From an uncultured Nitrospiraceae bacterium (GTDB lineage Bacteria > Nitrospirota > Nitrospiria > Nitrospirales > Nitrospiraceae), in assembly GCA_963730935.1 (NCBI GenBank), contig CAVSTP010000001.1, positions 96,001 through 160,000 of the forward strand: a DNA stretch of 64,000 nt, written 5' to 3'. Of the stretch, positions 1-9,608 are shown one piece after another. The position numbers were made by a program, and so were the translations under genes. The notes beneath the pieces are model-generated. The model was not told where the DNA came from. It saw only the letters and a program-made list of their open reading frames with translations, and ran no database searches. Numbering within the stretch: the stretch's first letter is position 1; the number at the start of each line of letters is the position of its first letter.

Positions 1-366
1 GATCGGCTGGCGGAAAGCAGGGACTCGGTTCGGCAACGTCAACGTGAATTGGCCGGCCTCAACCCGGCATTCCTTGTCAAACGCAGTCTCTCGCTCATTT
101 CATTTTTGGCGCAGCGACTGGAACGCCAGATGATGGTGTTGGGCGATGGCCGGCGACGCCGGATGACGGGCATTGCAGCACAACTCGCGCATTTGAGCCC
201 GCTGGCGATTTTGGGGCGCGGATACAGCATACTCTCGCGCGTCCGTGACGGGGCGATTCTTCGAAAGACGTCCGATACACAGCTTGAGGAAGAAATCATC
301 GCACGCCTGTCCCAAGGCCAGCTGCGGTGTACGGTCAAGCGCGTGCTGCCCGATCCGTTGATGTAA
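1..366 (+). CDS. xseA: Exodeoxyribonuclease VII large subunit, C-terminal part (5' truncated by window)
   Basis: Frame open from base 1; C-terminal motif LAHLSPLAILGRGYSI; directly upstream of xseB. Confidence 0.9.
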   Translation, partial: DRLAESRDSVRQRQRELAGLNPAFLVKRSLSLISFLAQRLERQMMVLGDGRRRRMTGIAAQLAHLSPLAILGRGYSILSRVRDGAILRKTSDTQLEEEIIARLSQGQLRCTVKRVLPDPLM

Positions 367-424
367 ATCGGCACCGGGCCCGGTATAATGGGATTTCACA
401 TGCCATGAAAGGAGAGGTGCCGTC

Positions 425-685
425 GTGGGCGGGGTCAAATTTGAACAGGCGATGGCGAGGTTGGAGGCGATCGTCGGAGAATTGGAAAAAGGTGATTTGC
501 CTCTGGACGAATCGTTGAAGATCTTCGAAGAGGGCATTCGGCTCTCGAAAAGCTGCCTGAAAATCCTGGAAGATGCCGAGCACAAAGTCGAAGTGTTGGT
601 GCAGGATAGGAACGGTAAAAAACGGCTTCATGCCTTCTCGCCGGATGAGGAAGCAGATGATTCCTCCGACGAGTCCGCCTCTTGA
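425..685 (+). CDS. xseB: Exodeoxyribonuclease VII small subunit
   Basis: KFEQAMARLEAIVGELEKGDLPLDESLKIFEEGIRL signature. Confidence 0.95.
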   Translation: MGGVKFEQAMARLEAIVGELEKGDLPLDESLKIFEEGIRLSKSCLKILEDAEHKVEVLVQDRNGKKRLHAFSPDEEADDSSDESAS

Positions 686-735
686 TTCCACTGTGGAACC
701 CTTCTCGGGCTGTCCCATCTTTCATCCCCAGCGCC

Positions 736-1530
736 ATGCACGCGAAGCCGCCCATTGAGAAAGAGCGGTTGGATCGTCTGCTGGTCCACCAGGGCCTTGT
801 CGGCAGCCGAGAGGCCGCGGTACGGACGATTCTCGCCGGTGGCGTGCTTGTGGACGGCATGATCGTTGACAAACCTGCCAGGCTCGTCGCCCGTGATGCA
901 CGCCTTGAGATCGAACGTGCCGCCCCCTTTGTCAGTCGGGCCGGAGAAAAATTGGCGGCCGCCCTCGACGCGTTCTCCATCGATCCAGGCGGTCTGGTCA
1001 CGCTTGACGTCGGTTGTTCGACGGGAGGTTTCACCGACTGTCTCTTGCAACGGAGAGCCGAGCGCGTCTACGCCGTTGACGTCGGGTATGGCCTCATCGA
1101 CTGGAAACTCCGTCAGAACCCGCGAGTCATCTTGCTCGAGCGGACCAATATCCGGTACATAGACCGGTCGCTCATTCCCGAGCCGGTTGATCTCGCCGTG
1201 ATAGACGTGTCCTTTATTTCCCTGACCCTCGTACTGCCGAGCGTGGTGCCTCTCTTGCGTCATGGGGGGCGAATGGTGGCACTCGTCAAACCGCAATTTG
1301 AAGTCGGGAAAGGACAGGTAGGCACCGGAGGAATCGTACGGGACGAGGCTCAGCGCCGCGCTGTGACCGAAAAGGTCATCTCATCGGGCGCCGCTCTGGG
1401 CCTTGAGGCGACCGCGGTCTTGGATTCTCCAGTCAAAGGGAGAAAAGGCAATCGGGAAATCCTTGTCGGATTTCGGTATCAGGGTATAATCAGTCCCTCT
1501 GAAAGGCGGTCGAAGGTGGAGGGGGCATGA
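736..1530 (+). CDS. tlyA: TlyA family rRNA methyltransferase (S4 + FtsJ-like domain)
   Basis: KERLD..LV..GL, FVSRAGEKL, LDVGCSTGGFTDCLLQ, DVSFISL, LVKPQFE; start at ATG 736 chosen. Confidence 0.93.
   Translation: MHAKPPIEKERLDRLLVHQGLVGSREAAVRTILAGGVLVDGMIVDKPARLVARDARLEIERAAPFVSRAGEKLAAALDAFSIDPGGLVTLDVGCSTGGFTDCLLQRRAERVYAVDVGYGLIDWKLRQNPRVILLERTNIRYIDRSLIPEPVDLAVIDVSFISLTLVLPSVVPLLRHGGRMVALVKPQFEVGKGQVGTGGIVRDEAQRRAVTEKVISSGAALGLEATAVLDSPVKGRKGNREILVGFRYQGIISPSERRSKVEGA
1463..1490 (+). promoter_or_regulatory. Possible sigma70 promoter inside the tlyA 3' end, upstream of the epimerase
   Basis: TTGTCG-N16-TATAAT about 37 nt before ATG 1527. Confidence 0.35.
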
Positions 1531-2450
1531 AAGTATTAGTCACGGGCGGCGCAGGATTCATCGGATCTCATCTAGTTGATCGGCTGGTCATGGAAGGGCA
1601 TGAGGCCGTCGTGGTCGATAATCTCGCGACGGGAAAACGCAGGAACATCAATCGAGCCGCCCGCTTTTACAAGATGGACATTCAAAGCTGGCGTTTGGAG
1701 CGCGTGTTTCGCAATGAACGACCGAATGTCGTGATGCACTTGGCTGCACAGATGGATGTGCGGAAGTCGGTCGAAGATCCGATGTTTGACGCTCAGGTCA
1801 ATGTGCTCGGCACCTTGAATGTGTTGCAACAGGCAGTCAAGCATGGCGTGCGGAAGGTGATTTTCTCTTCGTCGGGGGGAGCGATCTATGGCGAACAGGA
1901 GATCTATCCTGCTCCAGAGATTCATGTGACGAAGCCGTTGTCTCCCTACGGCTTGAGCAAGCTTTGCGGTGAGCAGTACCTGTCCTACTATCAGCGCGTC
2001 AGCGGCCTTCAAGCGGTCAGTCTGCGTTATGCGAACGTCTATGGTCCCCGCCAGGATCCTGAGGGCGAAGCGGGTGTCGTGGCCATTTTCATTCAGAAAA
2101 TGCTGAATAACGAGCAGGCCGTGATCAATGGAAACGGACGACAGACCAGGGACTTTGTCTTCGTCGATGACGTCGTGGAAGCGAATCTTGCCATGATGGG
2201 GCAAGATACTCAGGGCACGTATAACGTCGGGACGGGGGTTGAAACGTCCATCAATGATCTATTCAGGATCCTTGTTCAGCACACGGGCTCCACTTCAAAG
2301 GAGATCCATGGCCCGGCCAAGAGGGGCGAGCAGGCGCGGAGCGTCATCGACAATACCAAACTCCGGCACGAGGTCTCGTGGGAGCCGAGGGCCGATCTGA
2401 GCGACGGGTTAAAAAAGACGGTTGAGTACTTTCGAGAGCGCTTGCGTTGA
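1527..2450 (+). CDS. NAD-dependent epimerase/dehydratase (UDP-glucose 4-epimerase-like)
   Basis: TGGAGFIGSH, HLAAQ, SSSGGAIYG, SPYGLSK, LRYANVYGPRQDP. Confidence 0.92.
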   Translation: MKVLVTGGAGFIGSHLVDRLVMEGHEAVVVDNLATGKRRNINRAARFYKMDIQSWRLERVFRNERPNVVMHLAAQMDVRKSVEDPMFDAQVNVLGTLNVLQQAVKHGVRKVIFSSSGGAIYGEQEIYPAPEIHVTKPLSPYGLSKLCGEQYLSYYQRVSGLQAVSLRYANVYGPRQDPEGEAGVVAIFIQKMLNNEQAVINGNGRQTRDFVFVDDVVEANLAMMGQDTQGTYNVGTGVETSINDLFRILVQHTGSTSKEIHGPAKRGEQARSVIDNTKLRHEVSWEPRADLSDGLKKTVEYFRERLR

Positions 2451-2481
2451 ACAGCGACTCTGCCTGGCGGTAGAGCCGATG

Positions 2482-2802
2482 CTAATACCTCGGCACTGAA
2501 CGGTCCACCTGGGCTGACCAGGCGTCAATTCCTCCTACCAGGTTCTTCACATTTGAGAATCCCTGTTGCAGAAGAAAGTTGGTGGCGTCGGCACTCCTCA
2601 TGCCATGATGGCAGATGGCGATAATTTCGGCATCCCGGTTAAGTTTGCCCAAAGACTGAGGCAGCGTGGCCAGCGGGATCAGTGTGGATCCGTTGAGCTT
2701 GGCCAGATCAAACTCCCATTGCTCGCGCACGTCGAGGAGAACGAGTTGGTCGCCTTTATCAAGTCTGCTCTTGAGTTCGGTGGGACTAATGGTATAACCC
2801 AT
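2482..2802 (-). CDS. Single-domain rhodanese-like sulfurtransferase
   Basis: LLDVREQWE, CHHGMRS active-site loop, NLVGGIDAWS..VD..VPRY; GGAGG RBS before ATG 2802. Confidence 0.9.
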   Translation of the reverse strand: MGYTISPTELKSRLDKGDQLVLLDVREQWEFDLAKLNGSTLIPLATLPQSLGKLNRDAEIIAICHHGMRSADATNFLLQQGFSNVKNLVGGIDAWSAQVDRSVPRY

Positions 2803-3114
2803 GATTGCCTCCGTGTGTGACTCGAAGGGCATCATAAGTGAGCCTCGAAAAGAGTGTCAATCCAGTCTGGCCCTAGCGACAATACGCGATATTCAATCGA
2901 ACGAACATTGCGTCCGCTACGCAGTTCACCCGAGGACAATATTTGTTCATTTTTGTCATAGATTACTGTCTCTTCACACAGGCTTACGGGAGTACACGCG
3001 TAAGAAACGTGGTTGACTAGGCGCAGATTGAATGTAACTAATTGATTTAGCTTACTGTGTGGCATTTTTGCTTCTAGGTAGGGCACAAGACTTGCTGAGG
3101 AAGGCTGGTGTTAG

Positions 3115-3453
3115 TTGGTGAGAGCGTCATCACGGAGGGTGTTGGTTGTGTTGGTCATGACGTCGAATCGCCGGGAGGCTGGGAGGATCGCGGAAGCGGC
3201 GGTCAAGAACAAAGTCGCTGCCTGCGCCAATCTGGTGCCGTCCGTGACCTCGATCTTTCGCTGGAAGGGCCAAGTGCAAAAGAGCCGAGAGACTCTGCTC
3301 ATTATGAAAACAAGCGCGCATCGATACCCTGCGCTCGCAAGTTTAGTTCGGTCGATGCATTCATACGAGGTCCCCGAGATCATCGGATTGACCGTTGAAC
3401 AAGGACTACGTCCATATCTTGAGTGGGTTCACAAGGAAACCGCTACAGATTGA
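3115..3453 (+). CDS. cutA: Divalent-cation tolerance protein CutA
   Basis: AACANL, SIFRWKG, HSYEVPEII, YLEWV. Confidence 0.92.
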   Translation: MVRASSRRVLVVLVMTSNRREAGRIAEAAVKNKVAACANLVPSVTSIFRWKGQVQKSRETLLIMKTSAHRYPALASLVRSMHSYEVPEIIGLTVEQGLRPYLEWVHKETATD

Positions 3454-3486
3454 GTCTCAATGGCAACTCGTGACTAAATTGAGGGG

Positions 3487-3515
3487 TTGACCAAAGCAGC
3501 CTAGATGGGTACACT
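3487..3515 (+). promoter_or_regulatory. sigma70-type promoter of the M23 peptidase gene
   Basis: TTGACC-N17-TACACT. Confidence 0.6.
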
Positions 3516-3567
3516 CGAAATCGATACCTAGGTGTGTGAGGTCCCCTTGCAGCAGGGGGTGAGGGAA

Positions 3568-4584
3568 ATGGGACAAGTGCACGGCGTAGAATCGAACGAT
3601 TCCTATACGGTGGTCATTTTCCGCGGTTCGACCGCCAAACCACTCCGCTTTAGCTTCCCCAGAAAATTTGTCCGTAAGATATTGATTCTAGGGGCGATTC
3701 TTCTCGCTGCCGACATCTTGGTTATCTCGCATTATGTGGTCAGAACTGGCGAGGTATGGGAACTCTCTTCTTTCCGCGCTGAAGCGCTGAGCGCCCGCCA
3801 ACAGACGGTTGCCTTCTCTACAGCGGTCGACGACCTGAAGAAGCGTCTGACAAGCATGAAGGAAGTCAATCAACGGCTTCGGGTCATGCTAGGGATCGAA
3901 AGCCCCAAGACAGGGGATCAGTTCAATGGTCGAGGCGGTGAGGAAACCCCGCTCCCTGAAGGCAGCACGCTGACCTTGGCAGACAAGCCGGCGAAAGGCG
4001 AATCTGAGCTGCAGTCGAGCGCAGTCACTGGCCAGAGCGATCTCGCTGGGCCAGGACCGAAGGGGCTTGACCAACAAGAACTCGTGGCTTCGGTCAAGCA
4101 AGGTATCGTCTGGCTCGCCAAAGAAGCGGACGTCCAAGAGCAAACGTTGCAAGAGCTTTCTCTTGCCGCGGAACAGAAATCCTCCCGTTGGGCAGCCACC
4201 CCTTCGATTTGGCCGGTCAAAGGATGGGTGACCTCAGGGTTTGGACCGCGCGTGTCCCCGTTCACTGAAAAGCCAGCCTGGCACGATGGGCTCGATATCG
4301 GCGCTGCCGCCAATGCACCCGTGCAGGCCCCCGCGCAAGGACGTGTGACCAGCGTGGGATTCGATCCGAAATTGGGGAACGTGGTCAAACTCGACCATGG
4401 ATTCGGGATCGAAACGTTGTACGGCCATCTTGCCAAGGCGCTGGTGAAAGAAGGGCAACGCGTCAAGCGTGGCGATGTCGTGGGTTTGGTCGGAAGCAGC
4501 GGCCTTGCCACCGGCCCTCATCTTCATTACATGGTCAAGGTAAACGGCCAGACCTTTGATCCAACGAAGTACATCCTCGACTGA
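3568..4584 (+). CDS. M23 family metallopeptidase (N-terminal TM + coiled coil)
   Basis: TPSIWPVKGWVTSGFG, HDGLD, YGHL, TGPHLHY. Confidence 0.92.
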   Translation: MGQVHGVESNDSYTVVIFRGSTAKPLRFSFPRKFVRKILILGAILLAADILVISHYVVRTGEVWELSSFRAEALSARQQTVAFSTAVDDLKKRLTSMKEVNQRLRVMLGIESPKTGDQFNGRGGEETPLPEGSTLTLADKPAKGESELQSSAVTGQSDLAGPGPKGLDQQELVASVKQGIVWLAKEADVQEQTLQELSLAAEQKSSRWAATPSIWPVKGWVTSGFGPRVSPFTEKPAWHDGLDIGAAANAPVQAPAQGRVTSVGFDPKLGNVVKLDHGFGIETLYGHLAKALVKEGQRVKRGDVVGLVGSSGLATGPHLHYMVKVNGQTFDPTKYILD

Positions 4585-4607
4585 CACGGTCTTCCATCAC
4601 ATCGATC

Positions 4608-4643
4608 ACGCGCTATGTCGTCAGGCATAGCGCGTATTTTTTT
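4608..4643 (+). terminator. Rho-independent terminator
   Basis: Stem ACGCGCTATG / CATAGCGCGT followed by ATTTTTTT. Confidence 0.75.
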
Positions 4644-4691
4644 GGTCGCGCGGGCTGTTGATGCCATGAGAAGCGTTGATCTGTACCCAGG

Positions 4692-6395
4692 ATGCTCACC
4701 TCAGCTCAGGCCATGAGCGACCTCGACATCGCGAACGCGTACCAACCCCTCCCGATCCAGGAAATCGCCAAACGGCTTGGACTTTCTCCGGACGAACTGC
4801 ATCCGTACGGCAGGCACAAGGGCAAAATCAGCCTCTCGGCACTCGAACGCCTCAAACACAAGCCTCAAGGCCGATATATCCTTGTGACGGCCATCAATCC
4901 CACGCCATTAGGCGAAGGTAAAACGACGACCTCAATCGGCCTGGCGATGGGACTGAATAGAATTGGCCCGCGCGCGGTGGTGACCCTCCGTCAACCATCG
5001 TTGGGACCGGTCTTCGGCATCAAAGGAGGCGGAACAGGAGGCGGACGCGCACAGGTCGTCCCGATGGAGGACATTAATCTCCATTTAACGGGCGACTCGC
5101 ATGCGGTTGCCGCGAGCCACAATTTGCTGTCGGCCTTCGCCGATAATCATGTCTTTCACGGTAATTCGCTCGGCATCGATCCGGCGCGGCTTTCCTGGCC
5201 GCGAGCGGTGGGCATCAGCGACCGGGCGCTCAGGCGAATCTCGCTGGATGAAAGCAGCGGACGCCGAACCAATCAGTTTGTCATCAACGAAGCTTCCGAA
5301 GTGATGGCTATTCTTGCGCTAGCGGGAGATCACGCCGATCTGCGACGCCGCCTTGGAGAGATTGTCGTCGGCCTGACCAGGGAGGGAACGCCGGTCAGGG
5401 CAGAAGCTCTCGCCTGTGCCGGATCGATGGCCGTGCTCTTAAAGGACGCGCTCCTGCCCAATCTGGTTCAGACCCTCGAGGGAACCCCCGCGTTCGTTCA
5501 CACAGGGCCGTTCGGCAATATTGCTCACGGAAATTGCTCGATCATCTCCGATGCCATCGCCTTGCATTGTGCCGATTACGTCGTGACGGAAGCGGGCTTC
5601 GGAAGTGATCTTGGGGCTGAAAAATTTTTCAACATCAAATGCCGGCTGTCAGGATTCGCGCCGGCTGCGGCCGTCGTGGTCGCGACGCTACGGGCGCTGA
5701 AGCTGCATGGGGGCGGGGGCGTCATGAAGGCGGGCACGCCGGTTCCTATCGGCCTGTCGGGGCCGAATCAGGAAGCGCTTGCACGGGGCTTTCCGAATTT
5801 GGAGCAGCACATCGCGAACGTCAAGGCCCACGGTATTCCGGTCGTGGTCGCGATCAATGCATTCAAAGATGACCCGCTGTCTGAACTGCAGTGGCTTCGT
5901 CAGCAGGCCTGCAGGGCCGGAGCGGCGGAAGCAGCTGTCTCAACTCACCATGCCGACGGAGGAAAGGGCTCCGAAGACCTTGCGCGAGCGGTCATCCGTG
6001 CGGCCGGCTTACCGTCGTCCTTCTCCCATCTTTATGATCTTGCCTGGCCGACGAAGCGCAAAATCGAGACGATTGCGATGAGGATGTATGGCGCGTCAGG
6101 AGTGTCCTTTGACGCGCAGGCGGAACGGGACATGGATCTCGCCCGGCAGCTGGGATACGAAGCGCTTCCCATCTGCATGGCGAAGACTCCCCTGTCTCTG
6201 TCGCACGACCCCGCCCTCAAGGGCCGCCCAAAGGGATTCAACTTGCCGATCAAAGAAGTGCGATTGCTCGCCGGTGCCGGATTCCTCACGGCCGTCTGTT
6301 CGGGGATTCAGTTGATGCCAGGGCTGCCGAAAAAACCGGCGGGGGAGCGGATCGGTCTGGATCCGAGGACGGGCAGGATCGTGGGCCTATCCTAG
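4692..6395 (+). CDS. fhs: Formate--tetrahydrofolate ligase
   Basis: TAINPTPLGEGKTTT, PSLGPVFGIKGG, GPFGNIAHG, VTEAGFGSDLGAEKF, ICMAKT. Confidence 0.96.
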   Translation: MLTSAQAMSDLDIANAYQPLPIQEIAKRLGLSPDELHPYGRHKGKISLSALERLKHKPQGRYILVTAINPTPLGEGKTTTSIGLAMGLNRIGPRAVVTLRQPSLGPVFGIKGGGTGGGRAQVVPMEDINLHLTGDSHAVAASHNLLSAFADNHVFHGNSLGIDPARLSWPRAVGISDRALRRISLDESSGRRTNQFVINEASEVMAILALAGDHADLRRRLGEIVVGLTREGTPVRAEALACAGSMAVLLKDALLPNLVQTLEGTPAFVHTGPFGNIAHGNCSIISDAIALHCADYVVTEAGFGSDLGAEKFFNIKCRLSGFAPAAAVVVATLRALKLHGGGGVMKAGTPVPIGLSGPNQEALARGFPNLEQHIANVKAHGIPVVVAINAFKDDPLSELQWLRQQACRAGAAEAAVSTHHADGGKGSEDLARAVIRAAGLPSSFSHLYDLAWPTKRKIETIAMRMYGASGVSFDAQAERDMDLARQLGYEALPICMAKTPLSLSHDPALKGRPKGFNLPIKEVRLLAGAGFLTAVCSGIQLMPGLPKKPAGERIGLDPRTGRIVGLS

Positions 6396-6399
6396 TCGT

Positions 6400-7260
6400 T
6401 CACCGTTGCTTGAGATAGCGGAAAAACTCGGAATCGGGGCTCATCACGAGCGTCGACTTTTCGTCGAACGATTTCTTGTACGCTTCCATTGAGCGCGTAA
6501 AGTCGAAAAACTTCGGATCCTGCCGGTAGGCGTCCGCATAGATGCGGAAGGCTTTGGCATCTCCCGCGCCGCGAAGCTCCTCCGATTCCTTATAGGCCTG
6601 CGCCAAGATGATCTCGCGGTCCTTTTCGGCGTCCGAGCGGATTTTCTGTGCCTCTTCGGCCCCCTCGGCGCGATACTGTTTGGCCTGCTGTTCCCGCTCC
6701 GCCTGCATGCGCTGGAAGACCGTCTTCTCGTTCTCCTGCGGCAAATCGGCCCGCTTGATCCGCACGTCTTGGATTGTGATCCCGTACGCCGAAGCCTTCT
6801 CGTTTGCCCGCTGGGTCACGACCTTCATCAATTCCGCTCGCGCCGTCGAAACGATCTCCGCCAGGTCATGACGGCCTAATTCCACCCGCAGCTCGGAATA
6901 GATGATATCGTGCAGCCGTTGAAGGGCCCCGCGTTGACTTTGGAAATTTTGATAGACCTTCAGCGGATCCATGATGCGCCACTTGGCAAAATTATCGAGC
7001 AGAAGCGTCTTCTTATCCTGTGTGATGACGTCCTGGGCGTCGGAATCATAGTCGAGGAGCCGCTTGTCGAAGTAGGTCACTTCCTGAACAAACGGCACTT
7101 TCACGTACAGGCCTGGCTCCATGACGATCCGGACGGGCTTGCCCAACTGGACGACGATGGCGGTCTGGGTGACGTCCACGACAAAGAGAGGCGAAGCGCC
7201 CAGGATGAAGAGGACGAACAGGATCGCAATCACAGCGATGGTCATGCCCTGCTTCGTCAT
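6400..7260 (-). CDS. hflC: FtsH modulator HflC
   Basis: SPFH domain, DVRIKRADLP, RMQAER, FFDFTRSMEAY; follows hflK. Confidence 0.95.
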   Translation of the reverse strand: MTKQGMTIAVIAILFVLFILGASPLFVVDVTQTAIVVQLGKPVRIVMEPGLYVKVPFVQEVTYFDKRLLDYDSDAQDVITQDKKTLLLDNFAKWRIMDPLKVYQNFQSQRGALQRLHDIIYSELRVELGRHDLAEIVSTARAELMKVVTQRANEKASAYGITIQDVRIKRADLPQENEKTVFQRMQAEREQQAKQYRAEGAEEAQKIRSDAEKDREIILAQAYKESEELRGAGDAKAFRIYADAYRQDPKFFDFTRSMEAYKKSFDEKSTLVMSPDSEFFRYLKQR

Positions 7261-8291
7261 CGGTCGCGTCCCTCTGTCGTCGCGGGAGGCTTCTTGGTCA
7301 ACCGATCTAACGGCAGATAGGGGAGCATGCGCTCTCCGGCCTTTCCATCGATGATGATCTTCTCCATTTTCGGCAGGATCTCTTCCATCGTTTCGATGTA
7401 GATGCGTTTGCTGATGGTATCGCGGGCCAGGCTGTATTCCTTCAGTGTGGCCAGAAAGCGGTTGGCTTCGCCTTGCGCCCGGTTCAATCGTGCCTGTGCA
7501 TAACCCTTGGCCTGGTTGACGATCTGGGCCGCTTCGCCTTTCGCTTTGGGGAGAATGTCGTTCCGGTAACCTATCGACTGGTTGATCAGCTTTTCGCGGT
7601 CTTCTTTCGCGTTCGTGACGTCCTTGAAGGCGGCAGCCACGGCTTCGGGCGGATCGACATCTTGCAGTTGCACCGCCGCGATCTGCACGCCGGTCTGATA
7701 TTGATCGAGAATTTTTTGCAGCAGGTCTTGGGTGTCCTGCTGGATTTGTGCTTTGCCGGTTGTCAGCGCTTCGTCGATTTTGCTCTTGCCGATGACTTCC
7801 CGCATCGACGCTTCCGCAGCCTTGCCGATCGTGTCATGGATGTCGGCAACGTTAAAGAGAAAATCCGATGCTTCCTTGATCTTGTACTGCACGATGAACT
7901 CGATCGCCAGGATGTTCATATCGCCCGTTAGCATCAGGGCTTCTTGCGGAATCATCTGCTGCCGGCTCTGTCGATCGGTCCGAAATCCGATTTCGACCCG
8001 ATGGAGCTTGGCCACTTTCGGCTGCAGCACCGACTCGATAAGTGGAATCTTCAGGTGGGGGCCGGGTCCGACGGACCGCACGGGAATGCCGAATCGTTTG
8101 ACCACCCCTTCTTCATCAGGCCCGATGATGAAGGCGCTCTGCCAGACCAGAAAGATCAGCAGCCCAGCAAGGAGGACATTTCTGAAGCCACCCGAAGGAA
8201 GGAAATTCCTGAACTGCATCTGCGCCTGCTTGAGCACATCCTCAAGCGGGTCGCTTTTTTTGCTCCATGGGTCTTTGGGATCCCAAACCAT
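7257..8291 (-). CDS. hflK: FtsH modulator HflK
   Basis: MVW..KDPW N-terminus, MLTGDMNI, LQDVDPP..V..AF.DV..A.ED, RIYIETMEE. Confidence 0.95.
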   Translation of the reverse strand: MVWDPKDPWSKKSDPLEDVLKQAQMQFRNFLPSGGFRNVLLAGLLIFLVWQSAFIIGPDEEGVVKRFGIPVRSVGPGPHLKIPLIESVLQPKVAKLHRVEIGFRTDRQSRQQMIPQEALMLTGDMNILAIEFIVQYKIKEASDFLFNVADIHDTIGKAAEASMREVIGKSKIDEALTTGKAQIQQDTQDLLQKILDQYQTGVQIAAVQLQDVDPPEAVAAAFKDVTNAKEDREKLINQSIGYRNDILPKAKGEAAQIVNQAKGYAQARLNRAQGEANRFLATLKEYSLARDTISKRIYIETMEEILPKMEKIIIDGKAGERMLPYLPLDRLTKKPPATTEGRDR

Positions 8292-8390
8292 GCGGCGATA
8301 GCGGAAGGTTTAATGCGCGAACGCGCGACACCATAGCAGACTGCCTAGGCCTTCGCAACACGCGGAACCACGGAGATGGAACGCAGCAGG

Positions 8391-9425
8391 CTAGGCGGTG
8401 ACGGCTCCGCCGCAGGAGGAGCCGGAGCCGGCGGTGCAGCCATAGCAATGGTTGCCCGTGACGATCACCCGCTGCTGTAACTGGAGAGGATTGAAATCGC
8501 GGATATGGCGTGGCGCGCCAGGACCCACGGGCAGGTCGAGCATTTGATTGAAATCGCAGTCGTACAGTGTGCCGTCCCAGCCAACCGATAGGGTATAGCG
8601 GCACATCACGCCCGCGGCCGCCACGGGATTGAAGGCATTGGCTAGCCGCTGCATGTACGCCTCATAGTTTTCGCTCTCGATGAGAAACTCGAGAAATCGG
8701 CTGATTGGCATGTTCGTTATGGTGTAGAGACGGTTGAACTCCACACCGTGTTTGGCGCGGAGTTCTTTGCGGAACTGCGATTCGATCGCATCTTGTTTGG
8801 GCGGCAAAAACGCGCCGACGGGATTGTGGACGAGATTCAGGGCCAGGTCGCTGTCTGGTTTGCCGTAGCCGAGCTGGTTCAAGCGGCGCAGGGCTTCCAT
8901 CGACTTGTCGAAAACGCCCTCTCCCCGTTGGGCATCCGTTTGCGGCCCTTTGTAATAGGGAAGAGAGGCGATGATCTCCACCCGATGAGCGGCCAGAAAT
9001 CCGGCCAGGTCGGCCTGCGACGGCAGCAGAAGCACGGAGAGGTTGCAGCGGTCAATGACATGACGCTTCAGTCCGCGGGCTTGTTCGACCAGCCAACGGA
9101 AATGGGGATTAAGCTCTGGTGCGCCTCCAGTGATATCGACCGTCGGAATGTCGGTTTGTGCCAAGGCTTGGATGCAGAGCTCCGCTGTCTCGCTCGACAT
9201 CCGTTCCGTCCGGTCCGGACCCGCATCGACGTGGCAATGCCTGCAGATTTGATTGCAGAGCTTTCCAACGTTGATCTGAAACACCGTGATGCCTGTCGCC
9301 AGGAGGGGGAATAGACCGGCATGCTCCATGGGTGCCGCAAAGGGGGGAGTGGTGTCTTCAAGGAGGCGCAGCTGCTCACTCGCGGTTGCAAGGGGACTTT
9401 TTCGAGCAAGCATCGTCAGCGGCAT
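8391..9425 (-). CDS. arsS: Radical SAM/Cys-rich domain protein, ArsS-like (DUF3641)
   Basis: QINVGKLCNQICRHCHVDAGP, DITGGAPELN, LYDCDFNQML, C-terminal HCYGCTAGSGSSCGG. Confidence 0.88.
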   Translation of the reverse strand: MPLTMLARKSPLATASEQLRLLEDTTPPFAAPMEHAGLFPLLATGITVFQINVGKLCNQICRHCHVDAGPDRTERMSSETAELCIQALAQTDIPTVDITGGAPELNPHFRWLVEQARGLKRHVIDRCNLSVLLLPSQADLAGFLAAHRVEIIASLPYYKGPQTDAQRGEGVFDKSMEALRRLNQLGYGKPDSDLALNLVHNPVGAFLPPKQDAIESQFRKELRAKHGVEFNRLYTITNMPISRFLEFLIESENYEAYMQRLANAFNPVAAAGVMCRYTLSVGWDGTLYDCDFNQMLDLPVGPGAPRHIRDFNPLQLQQRVIVTGNHCYGCTAGSGSSCGGAVTA

Positions 9426-9570
9426 GGCGTGTAGCAGCAGCCCCTTTCGGACTGCACGATATCGCCTCGCCGGTGACAGTACGTCCGGCGCGGTTTGCAG
9501 TCCTGACCATCTATCAAGAGATTGGCCAGCGCGTCAACCGTCATCTGGACAGCAAGCGGGCGCAGAGAGA

Positions 9571-9595
9571 AGGGGCGGCCATGTATGCCGCCCCT
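9571..9595 (-). terminator. Terminator hairpin downstream of the truncated hemoglobin gene
   Basis: AGGGGCGGC-N7-GCCGCCCCT followed by TCTCTCT on the minus strand. Confidence 0.55.
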
Positions 9596-9608
9596 GCGAA
9601 CCATCCGA

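Noticed and set aside
2836..3110. AT-rich spacer as a riboswitch or small gene
   Set aside because: Consistent with divergent promoters; no recognisable RNA motif or convincing ORF
4692..6395. fhs as evidence for the Wood-Ljungdahl pathway
   Set aside because: fhs alone is common in C1 metabolism; no acs/cooS/metF genes in the window
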